Below, in pieces: positions 29,075 to 41,714 of a stretch of DNA of 64,000 bases. Under the pieces are notes generated by a model. The model saw only the letters and a program-made list of their open reading frames with translations, made no database searches and was not told where the DNA came from. Made by a program: the position numbers and the translations under genes. Position 1 is the first letter of the stretch, and each line of letters starts with the position of its first letter. This DNA is from Paraspadella gotoi (taxonomy: Eukaryota; Animalia; Chaetognatha): assembly GCA_051294375.1 (NCBI GenBank), contig CM119264.1, positions 24,665,842 to 24,729,841 of the forward strand. The letters are read 5' to 3'.

Positions 29075-29935
29075 ACAATGTTATATTTTTGAAAAAGGGC
29101 CTCCAGGTTAACGCCCTGCTCCTTCCTCCGTCCGCCTATCTCGTACACAATGTTATATTTTTGAAAAAGGGCCTCCAGGTTAACGCCCTGCTCCTTTCCT
29201 CCGTCCGCCTATCTCGTACACAATGTTATATTTTGAAAAAGGGGCTCTCAGGTTAACGCCCTGCTCCTTCCTCCGTCCGCCTATCTCGTACACAATGTTA
29301 TAATTTTGAAAAAGGGCCTCCAGGTTAACGCCCTGCTCCTTCCTCCGTCCGCCTATTCTCGTACACAATGTTATATTTTGAAAAAGGGCCTCCAGGTTAA
29401 CGCCCTGCTCCTTCCTCCGTCCGCCTATCTCGTACACAATGTTATATTTGAAAAGGGCTCCAGGTTAACGCCCTGCTCCTTCCTCCGTCCGCCCTATCTC
29501 GTACACAATGTTATATTTTGAAAAAGGCCTCCAGGTTAACGCCCTGCTCCTTCCTCCGTCCGCCTATCTCGTACACAATGTTATATTTTGAAAAAGGGCC
29601 TCCAGGTTTAACGCCCTGCTCCTTCCTCCGTCCGCCTACTCGTACACAATGTTATATTTTGAAAAGGGCCTCCAGGTTAACGCCCTGCTCTTCTCCGTCC
29701 GCCTATCTCGTACACAATGTTATATTTGAAAAAGGGCCTCCAGTTACGCCTGCTCTTCCTCCGTCCGCCTATCTCGTACACAATGTTTTATATGTGAAAA
29801 AAAGGGCCTCCAGGTACGCCTGCTCCTTCCTCCGTCCGCCTATCTCGTACACAATTTATATTTGAAAAGGGCCTCCAGGTTAAGCCCTGCTCCTTCTCGC
29901 GCCGATCCGTACACAATGTTATATTTGAAAAAGGC
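29075..29935. repeat. Tandem minisatellite, ~71-bp unit, about 12 copies
   Basis: Unit AATGTTATATTTTGAAAAAGGGCCTCCAGGTTAACGCCCTGCTCCTTCCTCCGTCCGCCTATCTCGTACAC, head-to-tail with no spacers. Confidence 0.95.
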
Positions 29936-30944
29936 TGGTTTAAGTGATAGATATTGGAACGGGCGAAGATTTCTGTGAATTGGAATCGTGAAGAACTGAA
30001 AATGATTCGGTAAAACTGTTCAAGCAGTGAGAGAGTTTTTGAATGTCGCGTTCGATCCTGTTCGGGGCAGCTAAAGTTGGTAATTGCTGGAGCTAGACGA
30101 TGGGTAATCGATCTAAGATTCAAGGGATGTTCACTTGTTCAGGGATGTCAAAAAAACCCACTGTAAGTGGGTAAGTGGTTGTTGGAGACCGTTCTGTAAT
30201 TGCAAAAAAAAAAGAAAAAAAAGAAAAAAAAAGGAAAAAAACCTAAAAATAGAATTTGAAAGGAGAAGAAAGGAATTTAATGTAAATGTAAATGAAAAAA
30301 AAAGGATCCGACGAAGGAATTTGAAATCAGAGTCGACGTGAATCAGGTTATGGTGATCAAGTTTGCGATTTGCATGTGATTGACGGCGTCGTCGTCGTTG
30401 TCGTCGTCGTCGTCGTTATCGTTGTCAGTGGGGTTGTCGACCTTAGTAATTTTTTTAAAAAGAATTTTCAACAGAATTAGTTTTATTAAGATTGTGATTA
30501 TATAAAATAGTAATGTCAACGGGGTATATTCGTTTTTTTTTATTCTCATGTATTTTTGCTTTTTAGAAATAGATGCAAATGGACAAGTCAGCAATCATAC
30601 ATCCGTTGATGAGGTATAAAAAATCAAATTTTTTCTCGTTGTGCTTTGCTTAATTCTAGATTTAAGAATAAATCCGTTGTAAACTAAATCATTTTCTTCT
30701 TAGAAAGTTTGCCAAGAAATATTAAGCAAACACAAGCCCCTTTGGGTTGTCAGTTGTCAGACACGTTGACTCNNNNNNNNNNNNNNNNNNNNNNNNNAGA
30801 GGAACGAAAATCATCCCCGATCCCGAGCGGAAGAAGCCCGGAAGGGACGAACAGGTGAGTTCGAATCGGCAGCCGCGCGCCCCCGCGCTCCGGTGCCCGA
30901 TCAAGGTGCGGGCTGCCGAGTGTTCGTGAGAGCTGAGTATAATG

Positions 30945-30959
30945 AAATACTCTCCCTCC

Positions 30960-30993
<34 letters not shown>

Positions 30994-33257
30994 GTCTCTC
31001 TCTCTTCCTCTCTCTCTGCTCATCTCTCCTCCCCTCTAATTCCTTTTCGAAGAGAACGGCGTCGGGACCAGCGTTTCATTATCATCGAAAGGAGAGACGA
31101 ATCTTATCTGGTTCATCGCTCTGAGAAAGTTAAAAGATTTTCTTCTTGATCGCGTTTTGCTGATTTTTTTCTTCTTACTCTTATTAATTCTTTTTCTCAG
31201 ACTTTGTTCGTCATATAATTTTTCGTGTTTTGACTAAATTCTAATGTCTTGCTTGCTTGTGGCTGAATCACGAAGCTGTCACGATATTGCTAAAGAAAAA
31301 AAAAACAACGTTAATCTACTGAGCTTAATAATGATGGATCAACAACCAATAAGCAATCAATCAATAAGCAATCAACAAGCAGTATACAGTCACCAGACAA
31401 TCGCCTAACTCGGCTGTTTGTCAGCTTTGGATTGAACAGAGGAAGGACATCCGCCGCGCGGCCCAGCCGCCGCCGCCGCCGCCGCAGCCGCCGCCGCTCC
31501 GCGCCGCCGCCGCCGCCACGCCGCCGCCGCCGACCAGCCGCTGCCGCACGGCGGCCACTCTAAGCGGCGGGCAATCAGCGATGAGCGGCGGAGACATTCG
31601 TCCTGCATCTCAACTAAGGAGAAAATGAATTCCCGAAGACTGAATTTGGGAAACGGGGAAAGGGGGGGCACAATGTTATATTTTTGAAAAAGGGCCTCCA
31701 GGTTAACGCCCTGCTCCTTCCTCGCGTGTCCGCCTATCTCGTACACAATGTTATATTTTATGAAAAGGGCCTCCAGGTTAACGCCCTGCTCCTTCCCTCC
31801 GTCCGCCTATCTCGTACACAATGTTATATTTTTGAAAAAGGGGCCTCCAGTGTGAGAGCCTCTGCTGCTCCTTCCTCCGTCCGCCTATCTCGTACACAAT
31901 GTTATATTTTGAAAAAAGGGCCTCCAGAGTTAACGCCTGCTCCTTCCTCCGTCCCCTCTATTCTCGTACACAATGTTATATTTTGAAAAAGGGCCTCCAG
32001 GTTAACGCCTGCTCCTTCCTCCGTCCGCCTATCTCGTACACAATGTTATATTTGAAAAAGGGCCCTCCAGGTTAACGCCCTGCTCCTTCCTCCGTCCGCC
32101 TATCTCGTACACAATGTTATATTTGGAAAAAGGGCCTCCAGGTTTAACGCCCTGCTCCTTCCTCCGTCCGCCTATCTCGTACACAATGTTATATTTTGAA
32201 AAAGGGCCTCCAGGTTAACCGCCCTGCTCCTCCTTCCTGCCGTCCGACCTATCTTCGTACACCAATGTTATAATTTGAAAAAGGGCCTCCAGGTTAACGC
32301 CCTGCTCCTTCCTCCGTCCGCCCTATCTCGTACACAATGTTTATATTTTGAAAAAGGGCCTCCAGGTTAACCGCCTGCTCCTTTCCTACGCGTTCCGCCT
32401 ATCTCGTATACGGGGGGGGGGAGGTGAGTTTAGTGAATTCGGGCGGAAGAAATTTCTGTGAATTTGGAATCGTGAATGAACTGAAATTATGATTCGGTAA
32501 AACTGTTCAAGCAGTGAGAGAGTTTTTGAATGTCGCGTTCGATCCTGTTCGGGGCAGCTAAAGTTGGTAATTGCTGGAGCTAGACGATGGGTAATCGATC
32601 TAAGATTCAAGGATGTTCACTTGTTCAGGGATGTTCAAAAAACCCTGTAAGTGGGTAAGTGGTTGTTGGACCGTTCTGTAATTGCAAAAAAAAAAAGAAA
32701 AAAAAAGAAAAAAAAAGGAAAAAAACCCTAAAAAATAGAATTTGAAAGGAGAAGAAAGGAATTTAATGTAAATGTAAAATGAAAAAAAAAGGATCCGACG
32801 AAGGAATTTGAAATCAGAGTCGACGTGAATCAGGTTATGGTGATCAAGTTGCGATTTGCATGTGATTGACGGCGTCGTCGTCGTTGTCGTCGTCGTCGTC
32901 GTTATCGTTGTCAGTGGGGTTGTCGACCTTAGGTAATTTTTTAAAAGAATTTTCAACAGAATTAGTTTTATTAAGATTGTGATTATATAAAATAGTAATT
33001 GTCAACGGTATATCGTTTTTTTTTATTCTCATGTATTTTTGCTTTTTAGAAAATAGATGCAAATGGACAAGTCAAGCAATCATACATCCGTTGATGAGGT
33101 ATAAAAAATCAAATTTTTCTCGTTGTGCTTTGCTTAATTCTAGATTTAAGAATAAATCCGTTGTAAACTAAAATCATTTTCTTCTTAGAAAGTTTGCCAA
33201 GAAATATTAAGCAAACACAAGCCCCTTTGGGTTGTCAGTTGTCAGACACGTTGACTC
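30945..33257 (+). repeat. Direct duplicate of ~28270-30772 across the N gap at 30773-30797
   Basis: Collinear identity including the (CT)n and (GCC)n tracts and the 71-bp array, ending at cagacacgttgactc. Confidence 0.92.
31669..32408. repeat. Second array of the same ~71-bp minisatellite, about 10 copies
   Basis: Same unit and same flanks as 29075-29935. Confidence 0.95.
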
Positions 33258-33382
33258 TCCCGTTTTTTTCGTCAACTGATTTCGATCGAATTTTTTTGTC
33301 CCAAACTTCCAAACAAAAGAGCAGAGATTTAAAAGTCGAACCAAAATTTCGTCGCCTCACAACTTCATTTTTCATTTCGAAA

Positions 33383-36300
33383 ATGAATTTTCTCTCGTCA
33401 ATTTCGTTCATTGTTTTGCTGCTCCGTTGTTCGGGTGAGTAAAGGTCATTTGATCACGAATCATCAAATCCTTACCTTTTAACTTTCCCCATTGTCTCTA
33501 TCGACGAATTGTGTTGTAAATTTCTCCTCTTCAAAGCGGCGGCGAACAACGGGCTCGAGACGGAATGTTCCATCTCCTCCGAAAGATGGACATGCAGATA
33601 ATTCTGGATTCCTATCGCTCAGCGTTGGAAAAGCAGGATTTTTCACCGCGGATGACCGAGGTAAAGTAATTTAAGCTAAAATCAATGGTAAATTAGTAAA
33701 TTAATAATTAGCTAAATAACGGTGGTTTACTGTCTTATAGACTTTATTATTTTCAGTTCCATCAGCCGCTTTTTATTATTTTGTTTAATCTTCTTTTCGT
33801 CAAAACGTTTATATATATAAAATATAATCTTTAATTGACACGGGGATCAATTTTTTATCTTACTTAATTAATTATATTTAACTCTTTTACATAATTAATT
33901 ATATTGAACTCTTTTAACAGGCGATTGCGGATTCTCTGATCAGTCGTTTGGACGTCGGACCGAACAAGGCGAGAGTTTCGGTCTTCAAGTTTTTCTTCTC
34001 CGTCGGTTATGGTTAGAAGAATTTAGAATTAAACCGAGTACGTATAATTATACTATAAAGGACTATACTTGGTCCTTGTTTAAAGTTAATTCTCAAATTC
34101 ATCCATGTTTCTTTTTCTTCTTTTCATGACTGTCTTTGTCGTCCCATAGTTTATTGTTCTTAACTTTATCAAATGATCAATCTGTGGTTACTGCAAGCTG
34201 TTTAATGTTATCGCTAGACATTGGGGCGCCCTCAGGAATTTACTTCACCTACATCTATCTATCTTATTAATTCGAATCTCGAATTCATCTTTAAAGTCAC
34301 ATCCAAATCTTCGGTGCAAGAAGCGATCAAAAACATCGAGTTCATCGGAGGCGCGACTTTCACCGGAAACGCGATGGAAAAATCCTTGGCGTTTTACAAA
34401 GAAGACGAAAAGAGAGACGACGACACAATCAAAGTGAGACATTTCACATTTCACGTTTCACCGACGACTCAAACCTCACCTTTCACCAACCCTTCTTCAG
34501 GTTTGTCTGGTCTTCACCGACGGAGACCCGAGCACACGACAACAGAAGCTCAAAGTGAAGGAGGAAACGGAGAAGTGGGCGGCCGACGGAGTGTCGGTCT
34601 TCGCCGTCGGCGTCGGTCACCAAATCGACGTGGAGGCTTTGATCGGCATCGCTGGGGACGAGGCGCGAATCCTCGTCGCGGAGAATTTCCGAGAAATCGG
34701 AGAAGTCGCCGAGTTGCTCTTTGAGAGGATCTGCGGTGAGGACTGAAAAGGGTCTGAAAATAGTAAAGGGAAATAGAAATAGAAAAAATAGATATAAAAA
34801 ACTAAATTAAAAATAGAATATTAAGAAAAATAGAAATGAAAATGAAAATGAATTAATAACCCTTAATCGATATCATGTCTTTTTAGAATAGACCGTTGAC
34901 AGACTCCAGTCTTAGAGTGCTGCAATCCTGCATAATATTTTTATCATCTTGTGGTTCTTTATGATAATTTAGTAGGAATAGCCCTAATTTCGGAGGGCAG
35001 AAAATTTAGAACGGATTATGATGCTTTGACTGTCGCGCACGATCGTTATCTCATTAACTTTCAATTTCAGTCCAAGTGGTTCCAGTGGACATTCATTTCG
35101 GACAAGCCTCCGCGACGTCGTTTCTCGCCGGCCACGAGCCGCAGAACGCTTTCGTCAAGCAAACGCCCGGCCATCTGCCCTGGGCCAACATCAACACTCA
35201 GGCTATGCCGCAGACCGTTTGGTATCAATTTGCGGATGCAATGAGGTTGGCCAGATTTGCTTTATCATCCAGAATCGACTGCTGCTTGGAACAAGCGCCG
35301 AGGGAATTTTATTTCATGGGTTCCGACGATTGTACTACTTGGGAGGACCTCTTGCATGTCACCTTCCAATTTACCAAATATAACGAAGAACATGTGTGGA
35401 ACTTGCCCTGGGCGAAACAAAAGAAATTTAAGTGTTTTGGAATAAAAGTCGTGAAAGTTTCATCTGGCGTTTACACTTCCATTGAAAACGTAAAATTTTG
35501 GAAAGTAAAGGGCGAAGGTAAACCTTGAAAAAAGTTTCACGTCAAATGGATAAATAAGTTAAAATTATAAAATTTTAATAATACAATATACATTAAACTT
35601 CATTGTTTTTTAATCTAGAGACAACTGAAGACATTGTGCCAGTTGACATGACCACTGGCTATTCTTCTGCGAATTCTTTTCTGGCAAATCATGGACCAGA
35701 AAACGCTTTTGCAAAACAAATCGCTGGACATTTGCCCTGGGCGAATTTGAATACACATCAATTTCCGCAGACAGTTTGGCACGAAGTACCCGAAGAAATA
35801 ACAGTAGCCAGATTTTCGATTTCATCAAGAACTGACTGTTGTTTGGAGCAAGCCCCGAGGGAATTCTATTTTATGGGCTCGAACGATTGCAAAAATTGGA
35901 AAATCTTGTTGCATGTCACGGATCAATTCGCAAAATACAATGAAGAACATGTTTATGATTTACCTTTATCAGAAAGAAAGAATTATAAATGCTTTGGAAT
36001 AAAAGTAATGAAGGTTTCATCCGGAGTTTACGCCGCCATTCAAAATGTAAAACTTTGGAAATTAAATGAAGGTAACATTCCAAATATTTTATTAACCCTG
36101 AAAGATATTCTTTACTTTTATATTTACGTCTTTAATCTTCCAGGTTCAGACCCCCATCACCTTGTTCTGGTGGATTCAACAGCTGACCATTCCTCTGCAT
36201 CTTCCTATCTGGCCCGTCACGAACCACGTCATGCATTCGAAAAGCAAATCTCAGGCCATCTTCCCTGGGCAAATTTAAACACTGCCAAGTTTCCTCACAC

Positions 36301-36595
36301 GGTTTGGTACGAATTGTCTCATCCTACTAAAGTCGTTAAATTTGCGCTTTCCTCTCGTATTGATTGCTGCATGGAACAAGCACCGAGAGAGTTTTACTTT
36401 GTCGGTTCCAATGATTGTGCGAATTGGGAGAACCTCTTGCACGTTACTGTTCAGTTCACCACTTACAACGAAGAGCACGTTTGGATTTTACCTTTGTCAA
36501 AAAGAAAGAGTTACAAGTGCTTTGGTATAAAAGTAGTGAGAGTAACTTCTGGGGTTTACACAGCGATCCAAAACATAAAATTATGGAAAGTCTAG
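33383..36595 (+). CDS. Secreted VWA + 3x F5/8 type C / F-type-lectin-like domain protein. About 8 exons: 33383-33434, ~33537-33660, 33921-~34038, 34297-34433, 34501-34735, 35071-35517, 35619-36071, 36144-36595
   Basis: Signal peptide MNFLSSISFIVLLLRCS then donor gtgagt. VWA motifs MDMQIILDS.(S)LSVG, LISRLDVGPNKARVSVFKF, IEFIGGATFTGNAM, VCLVFTDG and VSVFAVGVG. Three ~150-aa homologous repeats follow, with GT-AG sites in compatible phases. Exons 2-3 carry small indels. Confidence 0.85.
33537..34735 (+). other. von Willebrand factor A domain spread over four exons, with MIDAS residues apparently present
   Basis: DxSxS is reconstructable as DSSLS across an indel at about 33612; T in GGATFTG; D in VFTDG. 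Confidence 0.85.
35071..35517 (+). CDS. Exon: discoidin/F-type-lectin-like repeat 1
   Basis: ASATSFLAGHEPQNAF..HLPWAN..PQTVWYQF..SSRIDCCLEQAPREFYFMGSDDC..W..LL..KCFGIKV; acceptor tttcag, donor gtaaac. Confidence 0.85.
35619..36071 (+). CDS. Exon: discoidin/F-type-lectin-like repeat 2
   Basis: Clear paralogue of repeat 1 (SRTDCCLEQAPREFYFMGSNDC); phase 1-1 exon. Confidence 0.85.
36144..36595 (+). CDS. Last exon: discoidin/F-type-lectin-like repeat 3 and stop codon
   Basis: SRIDCCMEQAPREFYFVGSNDC; preceded by a 72-nt GT-AG intron (36072-36143) that the ORF track reads through. Confidence 0.85.
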
Positions 36596-36679
36596 ATTCT
36601 TTAATCAAAATGAAAATTCGAAGGAGTTACTACTTATACTTTATAATTGTAATCGTACAATACTAGCGTTTGTCTAATG

Positions 36680-36696
36680 AATAAAAAGTTAATAAA
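36680..36696 (+). promoter_or_regulatory. Candidate polyadenylation signals of the VWA-lectin gene
   Basis: Two AATAAA hexamers 85-100 nt after the stop codon; the AT-rich context weakens this. Confidence 0.45.
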
Positions 36697-37563
36697 AATA
36701 CATCAAATACCTTTGTCAATTTTAATGAAAAGTCAAAAATTCAAATAAATGTTAGTTTTCATAATTTTTGTTTATTAATTACAATCGTACGTATGTAATG
36801 AATTCGTCAAAACCTCATAATAAAGAAATTGACCCTAATCCATATTTGTCCATCGCCAGAGATCCTCTTCTCATTCAACGATCATCGTTTGATGGAGGTG
36901 AATTATCGCGAGAACATTTGAGGAAAAAGAGAGAATGGATGGTGGAGAGGGGGCTGGGGTGAGATGGGATAAAAGTGGAAAAGGAGGAAAGTGAGGAAAA
37001 TATTGAGAAGTAGGGAAGGGAGGAAGAACAAGTATGTAGTGATAGGAAAAAGAAAGAATTGAAGAAAGAAAAAGAAAGAAAGAACAAAACGAGAAAGAAA
37101 AAAAATGAAAGCGTGAAAGAAAATAAAAAAGATAGAAAGAAAATTAGACAAAAAGAATTAGAAAGAAAAAAAAACGAAATAACCATAAAAAAAAGAGAGA
37201 AATAAAGTTAAGGAGAAAAAGAAAAAAGAAACCTAACAGGGCGCGCCAGAGTGCGTTTCTCCATCCAGTTGGGTATTTAGGGTCGATGTCTGGACGCCCC
37301 CCACCACCAGCCACCCCACTTCACTCCCTCAAACCTCCTCTTTCCCCATTTTTTTCTCGGCCGCTGGAGCCGCCCGCCGGGATGACAGATGATGCAAAAT
37401 GAGCGTGAGGAAGGAAGAGGAGGAGGAGGAGGAGGAGGAAGAGGAGGTGAGGAAGGGGGAAGAGAGGATTAAAATAGTATAATAGGAGGAGGAGGAGAGG
37501 TCTGCCGCGGAAGGGATGCGAGAGTTTTAACTGGCGTATGCGGGTTCAGGGCAGAATGACGTT

Positions 37564-37624
<61 letters not shown>

Positions 37625-37641
37625 CAGAGGCAGGGTAAGAA

Positions 37642-37682
<41 letters not shown>

Positions 37683-37750
37683 CGGAGAGAGAGAGAGAGG
37701 AGAGAAGAGGATAAACAGAGCAGGGTAAAGAAAGAGAGATAGAGAGAAGA

Positions 37751-37782
<32 letters not shown>

Positions 37783-38579
37783 CAGAGGCAGGGAAAGGAA
37801 ACGTGAGAGGATAAAGGAATAAAGAGAGAAGAGAGGAGTAGACAGAGGGTAGGGAAAGAAAGAGGAGAGAGTGAGAAAAACACGAGGCAGGATAAGATGA
37901 GAGAGATAGAGAGAGAGAGAGAGACAGAGAAGGAGAGAAGAGAGAAGTGAAAATGGAGAATTTTCTTGGTTTGTTGGCAATCAATTTTCATTTCTTTCTT
38001 CCCGTTGGTGGTTTTTCCTCCTGGGAGCAAGAAGCCGCTTCATTTAAATGATATTCGACGTATGTGACGAGAATGGAATAAAGTCTCTCTCTCTCTCTCT
38101 CTCTNNNNNNNNNNNNNNNNNNNNNNNNNNNNNNNNNNNNNNNNNNNNNNNNNNNNNNNNNNNNNNNNNNNNNNNNNNNNNNNNNNNNNNNNNNNNNNNN
38201 NNNNNNNNNNNNNNNNNNNNNNNNNNNNNNNNNNNNNNNNNNNNNNNNNNNNNNNNNNCTCTCTCTCTCTCTCTCTCTCTCTCCGGCGTTGACGCGCCAG
38301 ACTTCGTCGTGACTGATTCCATTTTCCGGCGCCAGAGTAAAGTAATCCCTCGTTGTGCGTCACGTGACTTTGGTTTCGACGGCATAAAATTTACAATGTT
38401 CGGAAAATTTATAATAAGGGAAACTTTTTTCGTTCTAAATTCTTTTAAAGATTTATATGAAATTGAATAGAATGAAATCCTTTAATGGAAAAATTGTCAT
38501 CTTTATAGTATATTATTTACATAACTAAGTTTTTTTAAAAAGACAATAAATAAGTTGCTGAAAACTAACGACAACATAG

Positions 38580-38705
38580 GAAATAAGATTCCGTCTCGAA
38601 GTCGAAGTGAAAATGAGACTGACAAAGTGGACTGACAAAGTGGACTGACAAAGTGGAAATAAGATTCCGTCTTGAGGTCGAAGTGAAAATGAGACTGACA
38701 AATTG
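38580..38705. repeat. Nested repeat: a ~45-bp duplication flanking three ACTGACAAAGTGG 13-mers
   Basis: aaataagattccgtct.ga.gtcgaagtgaaaatgagactgacaaa occurs twice, with 13-mer tandem copies between. Confidence 0.85.
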
Positions 38706-41097
38706 GACGAGAAGAACTAAAAATATTCCTTACTCCCACGTAAAGAAAACTTTTTTCTGCTAAATGAATTGATAATTTTTATATTGGTAGTACGTATTTT
38801 ACAAAAAAAACAAACAAACGTAAACAAATAATAGTGGACAAGGTTGCCTGGATGCCCGATTGTCTGGTTGCCTCCAATTTCAAGTATTTCCCATTCGCTA
38901 TCTCGAAAACACTTCAGGCTTCCACCAAAGATTATCTGCCCCCCGCTTGACATGTCGCCAAACCACCCCTAAAAGTTCAAACACCCCGAGTAGGTCTAGA
39001 GGATCCCCGCAGCTCATCGTCGAGCCGACTAAACTCAATCGCCTTAACTCCCTTTTGTTCCCAAATATTAAAGAATTTTCTCAGCGTCTCTTCGCCTTTC
39101 GCTTGTCCTCTCTCTTTCTGCCTCATATATACCAAAAAAAAACTTACCCACCCATTATTCCACGCCGCCCACATTCGCCTCCGCTATTTTTTTTTCCTCA
39201 CCCGGAGCCCATTTTTTTTCGGCCCCATTTTTTTCCGCGGGGGGGGGGGAAGCCTGGGGAGGGCTGCGACCCCGAGATGGCCCCTTTTCTCTTTTTCGCC
39301 TTTCAAGGATCTCGTCTCCTGGCGGAATTCCCAATTTCGGTGGGGATTGAGGAGCGGAGGGAAAGGGGAGTAGGGGAAAAGCGGAAAGGAGCAAAGAGAA
39401 AAGGAAATAGGAGTGGAAGAAACAGAACAGGAAAGGGGAACGGTGGAAAGAGGAGTTAAAGGAATAGGAGCTGAGAAGAGAGGGAGTGGCCGAAGATGAA
39501 TACAGGCAAAAAGTAGTAAAGAGGAAAGGTAGAAGGAAGAATGGAGGAATGGAGGAAATAGGAGCGGAGAAAAAAAAGATTAGGGGAAAGAGGAAAGGAT
39601 GAAAGAGAAGAGGAATAAAGAAGAGAGGAATAAAAGCAAGAAAAGTAAAATATATAAGGAGTATACCGTATAGTATAGATTATAGAAAAATCAGTGACCA
39701 AGTGAGGAAGTAGAGTAAAAAATACAAAAAAAGGGTTAAGAAAGTTGAGGATAGAAAAGGTTAAGCGTTTAGGGTTATCGATTGAGCATGAGGGGCCGTG
39801 TGGGGTTTCAAAGAGGCCGTGGATGGATTCGCCGTTAGGCATAGGCAACCGGATGTTGTATAAGTTTACAGCTAAAGATGCGAATAATATCGTATGGTAC
39901 GAATGTTTTAGACTAGAGAGTCATTGAGAAAAAAAAATCATTGAGAATAAACATTTTTTGAAATATATTTTAATATATATTTTTCAGGAATTTTGATGAA
40001 ATGAGTTTCTTGTTTATCAAGATAATGAGAATTTTATTTCATATTCAAAATAAACCAAACAAATAAAAACAGAATTAAGTCGTTAACGTGAAGGAAAACT
40101 AAGCTACGAGATCATTACTATATTTTTATACAAATAAGACAATAAGTCAATAAAACAAATAATAAATAACTTAGCTCACCGATTAAGGCTTTTTAAAGGG
40201 CGGGCTTTAAAAGGCATTCACCTCACATTCACATTCACTCCAATCCCATCCCCACCCACCATCCCCACCAACCTCCTCCATCCTCACAGAACCATCTAGT
40301 CTGTCATCAACGACCCTCTCACATTTCCTTTCCTTCGCCCAACGTTTTTTTCGTCACGCCTTCTTTCGGTCGCCCCTCCCCCCTTGCCCTCCCACCCCAG
40401 TGCTGCTCTCTATTTCCGGTCCCATCCAGAGTTTTTTGATCCATTCCATCCCTTCATACCCGCCCCAGCTTATCCCGGCTTACTTGAGGTTATTCCTAGC
40501 ATTAACTTCCTGAACGTGATTCTGTAAGTCGGTTTTGGGTGGCATCACAAATGATATTGTTGGTCACACCTTGAGACCAGGTATTGTCATGTTAAAATCT
40601 TTTATACATACCAACTTCTCTAAGTCCTTTGAGTTTGACACTCACCCATGTCACGTTCATCTCTATTCCCACTTTGACACGCTCATTCCCATTCTTCCCG
40701 CCACGCCCACTTCCAGTCACGCCTACTTCCGGTCGGCGCGTCCTCCAAAATATATCCAGTTCCTTACCCTCGACGCGCCCTCTTCCGCTTCATTAACCAC
40801 CAGAGGCGCTTTTTTTTTCATCGGGCGCGCGCGCCTTATCTCGTGAGAGCCGACGCCGTCTGAGAAGTTCATAGTCCGACGCCGACGACGCCGGAGACGC
40901 CGCATCCGACCAGCGCCGCCCGTCGACGCCGCCATGATTGATGTCCTAAATATGGCGCGCAATTAAGGGGCGGCGTCGATTCCAGAAATATGGGCCCCGT
41001 CTGCCGCCGGCGCCGAAATTGGCGTTGCCCTTTTATTTTTAGGGGAGGAAGAAGGGAATAGAGGAGAGGGAGGTAGAGAGAGAGAGAAGAAGAAGAG

Positions 41098-41131
<34 letters not shown>

Positions 41132-41673
41132 CGAGGAGAGAGAGAGAGTGTGAGAGAGTGACTCTTACAAACGAAGACAAAACGTGAGAAAGAAACAATA
41201 CTGAACAACTGAATCAGTCGTATAATGGTCTAATTTTCATCTAGCAAAGTATGTCAATCTTGAACAGAAAAAGTGTTCAATTCCATGCTCAATTGTTACG
41301 TATGAAAAATCCAAATTTTTCGGTTCCAAAACGGACGACCAACAAACGAAAGATAAAAATAAAAACAATAAAAACAATATTAATTTATATTAATAAGCAA
41401 TTTTTTTAGGGATTCAGTGCCTATGGTACATGCGATTTCTCTCTACCTTACTATATATATTATTTAATACACAAACAATACGCAAAGAAAAAGAGAAGTT
41501 TAGAAAATAAGAAAAATCGATGGGGAGAGAAAGGGATAAACATAGACATAAAGAAGACGCGCGGGGATAAAAGAAACGAGATGGATTCTGCCGGAAATTC
41601 GGGCGGAAATTCAGCCGGAAGATGCCGGATCTCGTTTTTCATATATTGACGTAAAGAAAGCACCTTAACGGCG

Positions 41674-41714
<41 letters not shown>

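Noticed and set aside
29075-32408. 71-bp arrays as CRISPR, and their repeated ORFs as proteins
   Set aside because: Head-to-tail units with no unique spacers, no cas genes and a eukaryotic context; the ORFs are translations of the repeat.
35603-36595. 330-aa ORF as a standalone gene
   Set aside because: Starts at an intronic TTG and reads through a 72-nt intron; it represents the last two exons of the VWA gene.
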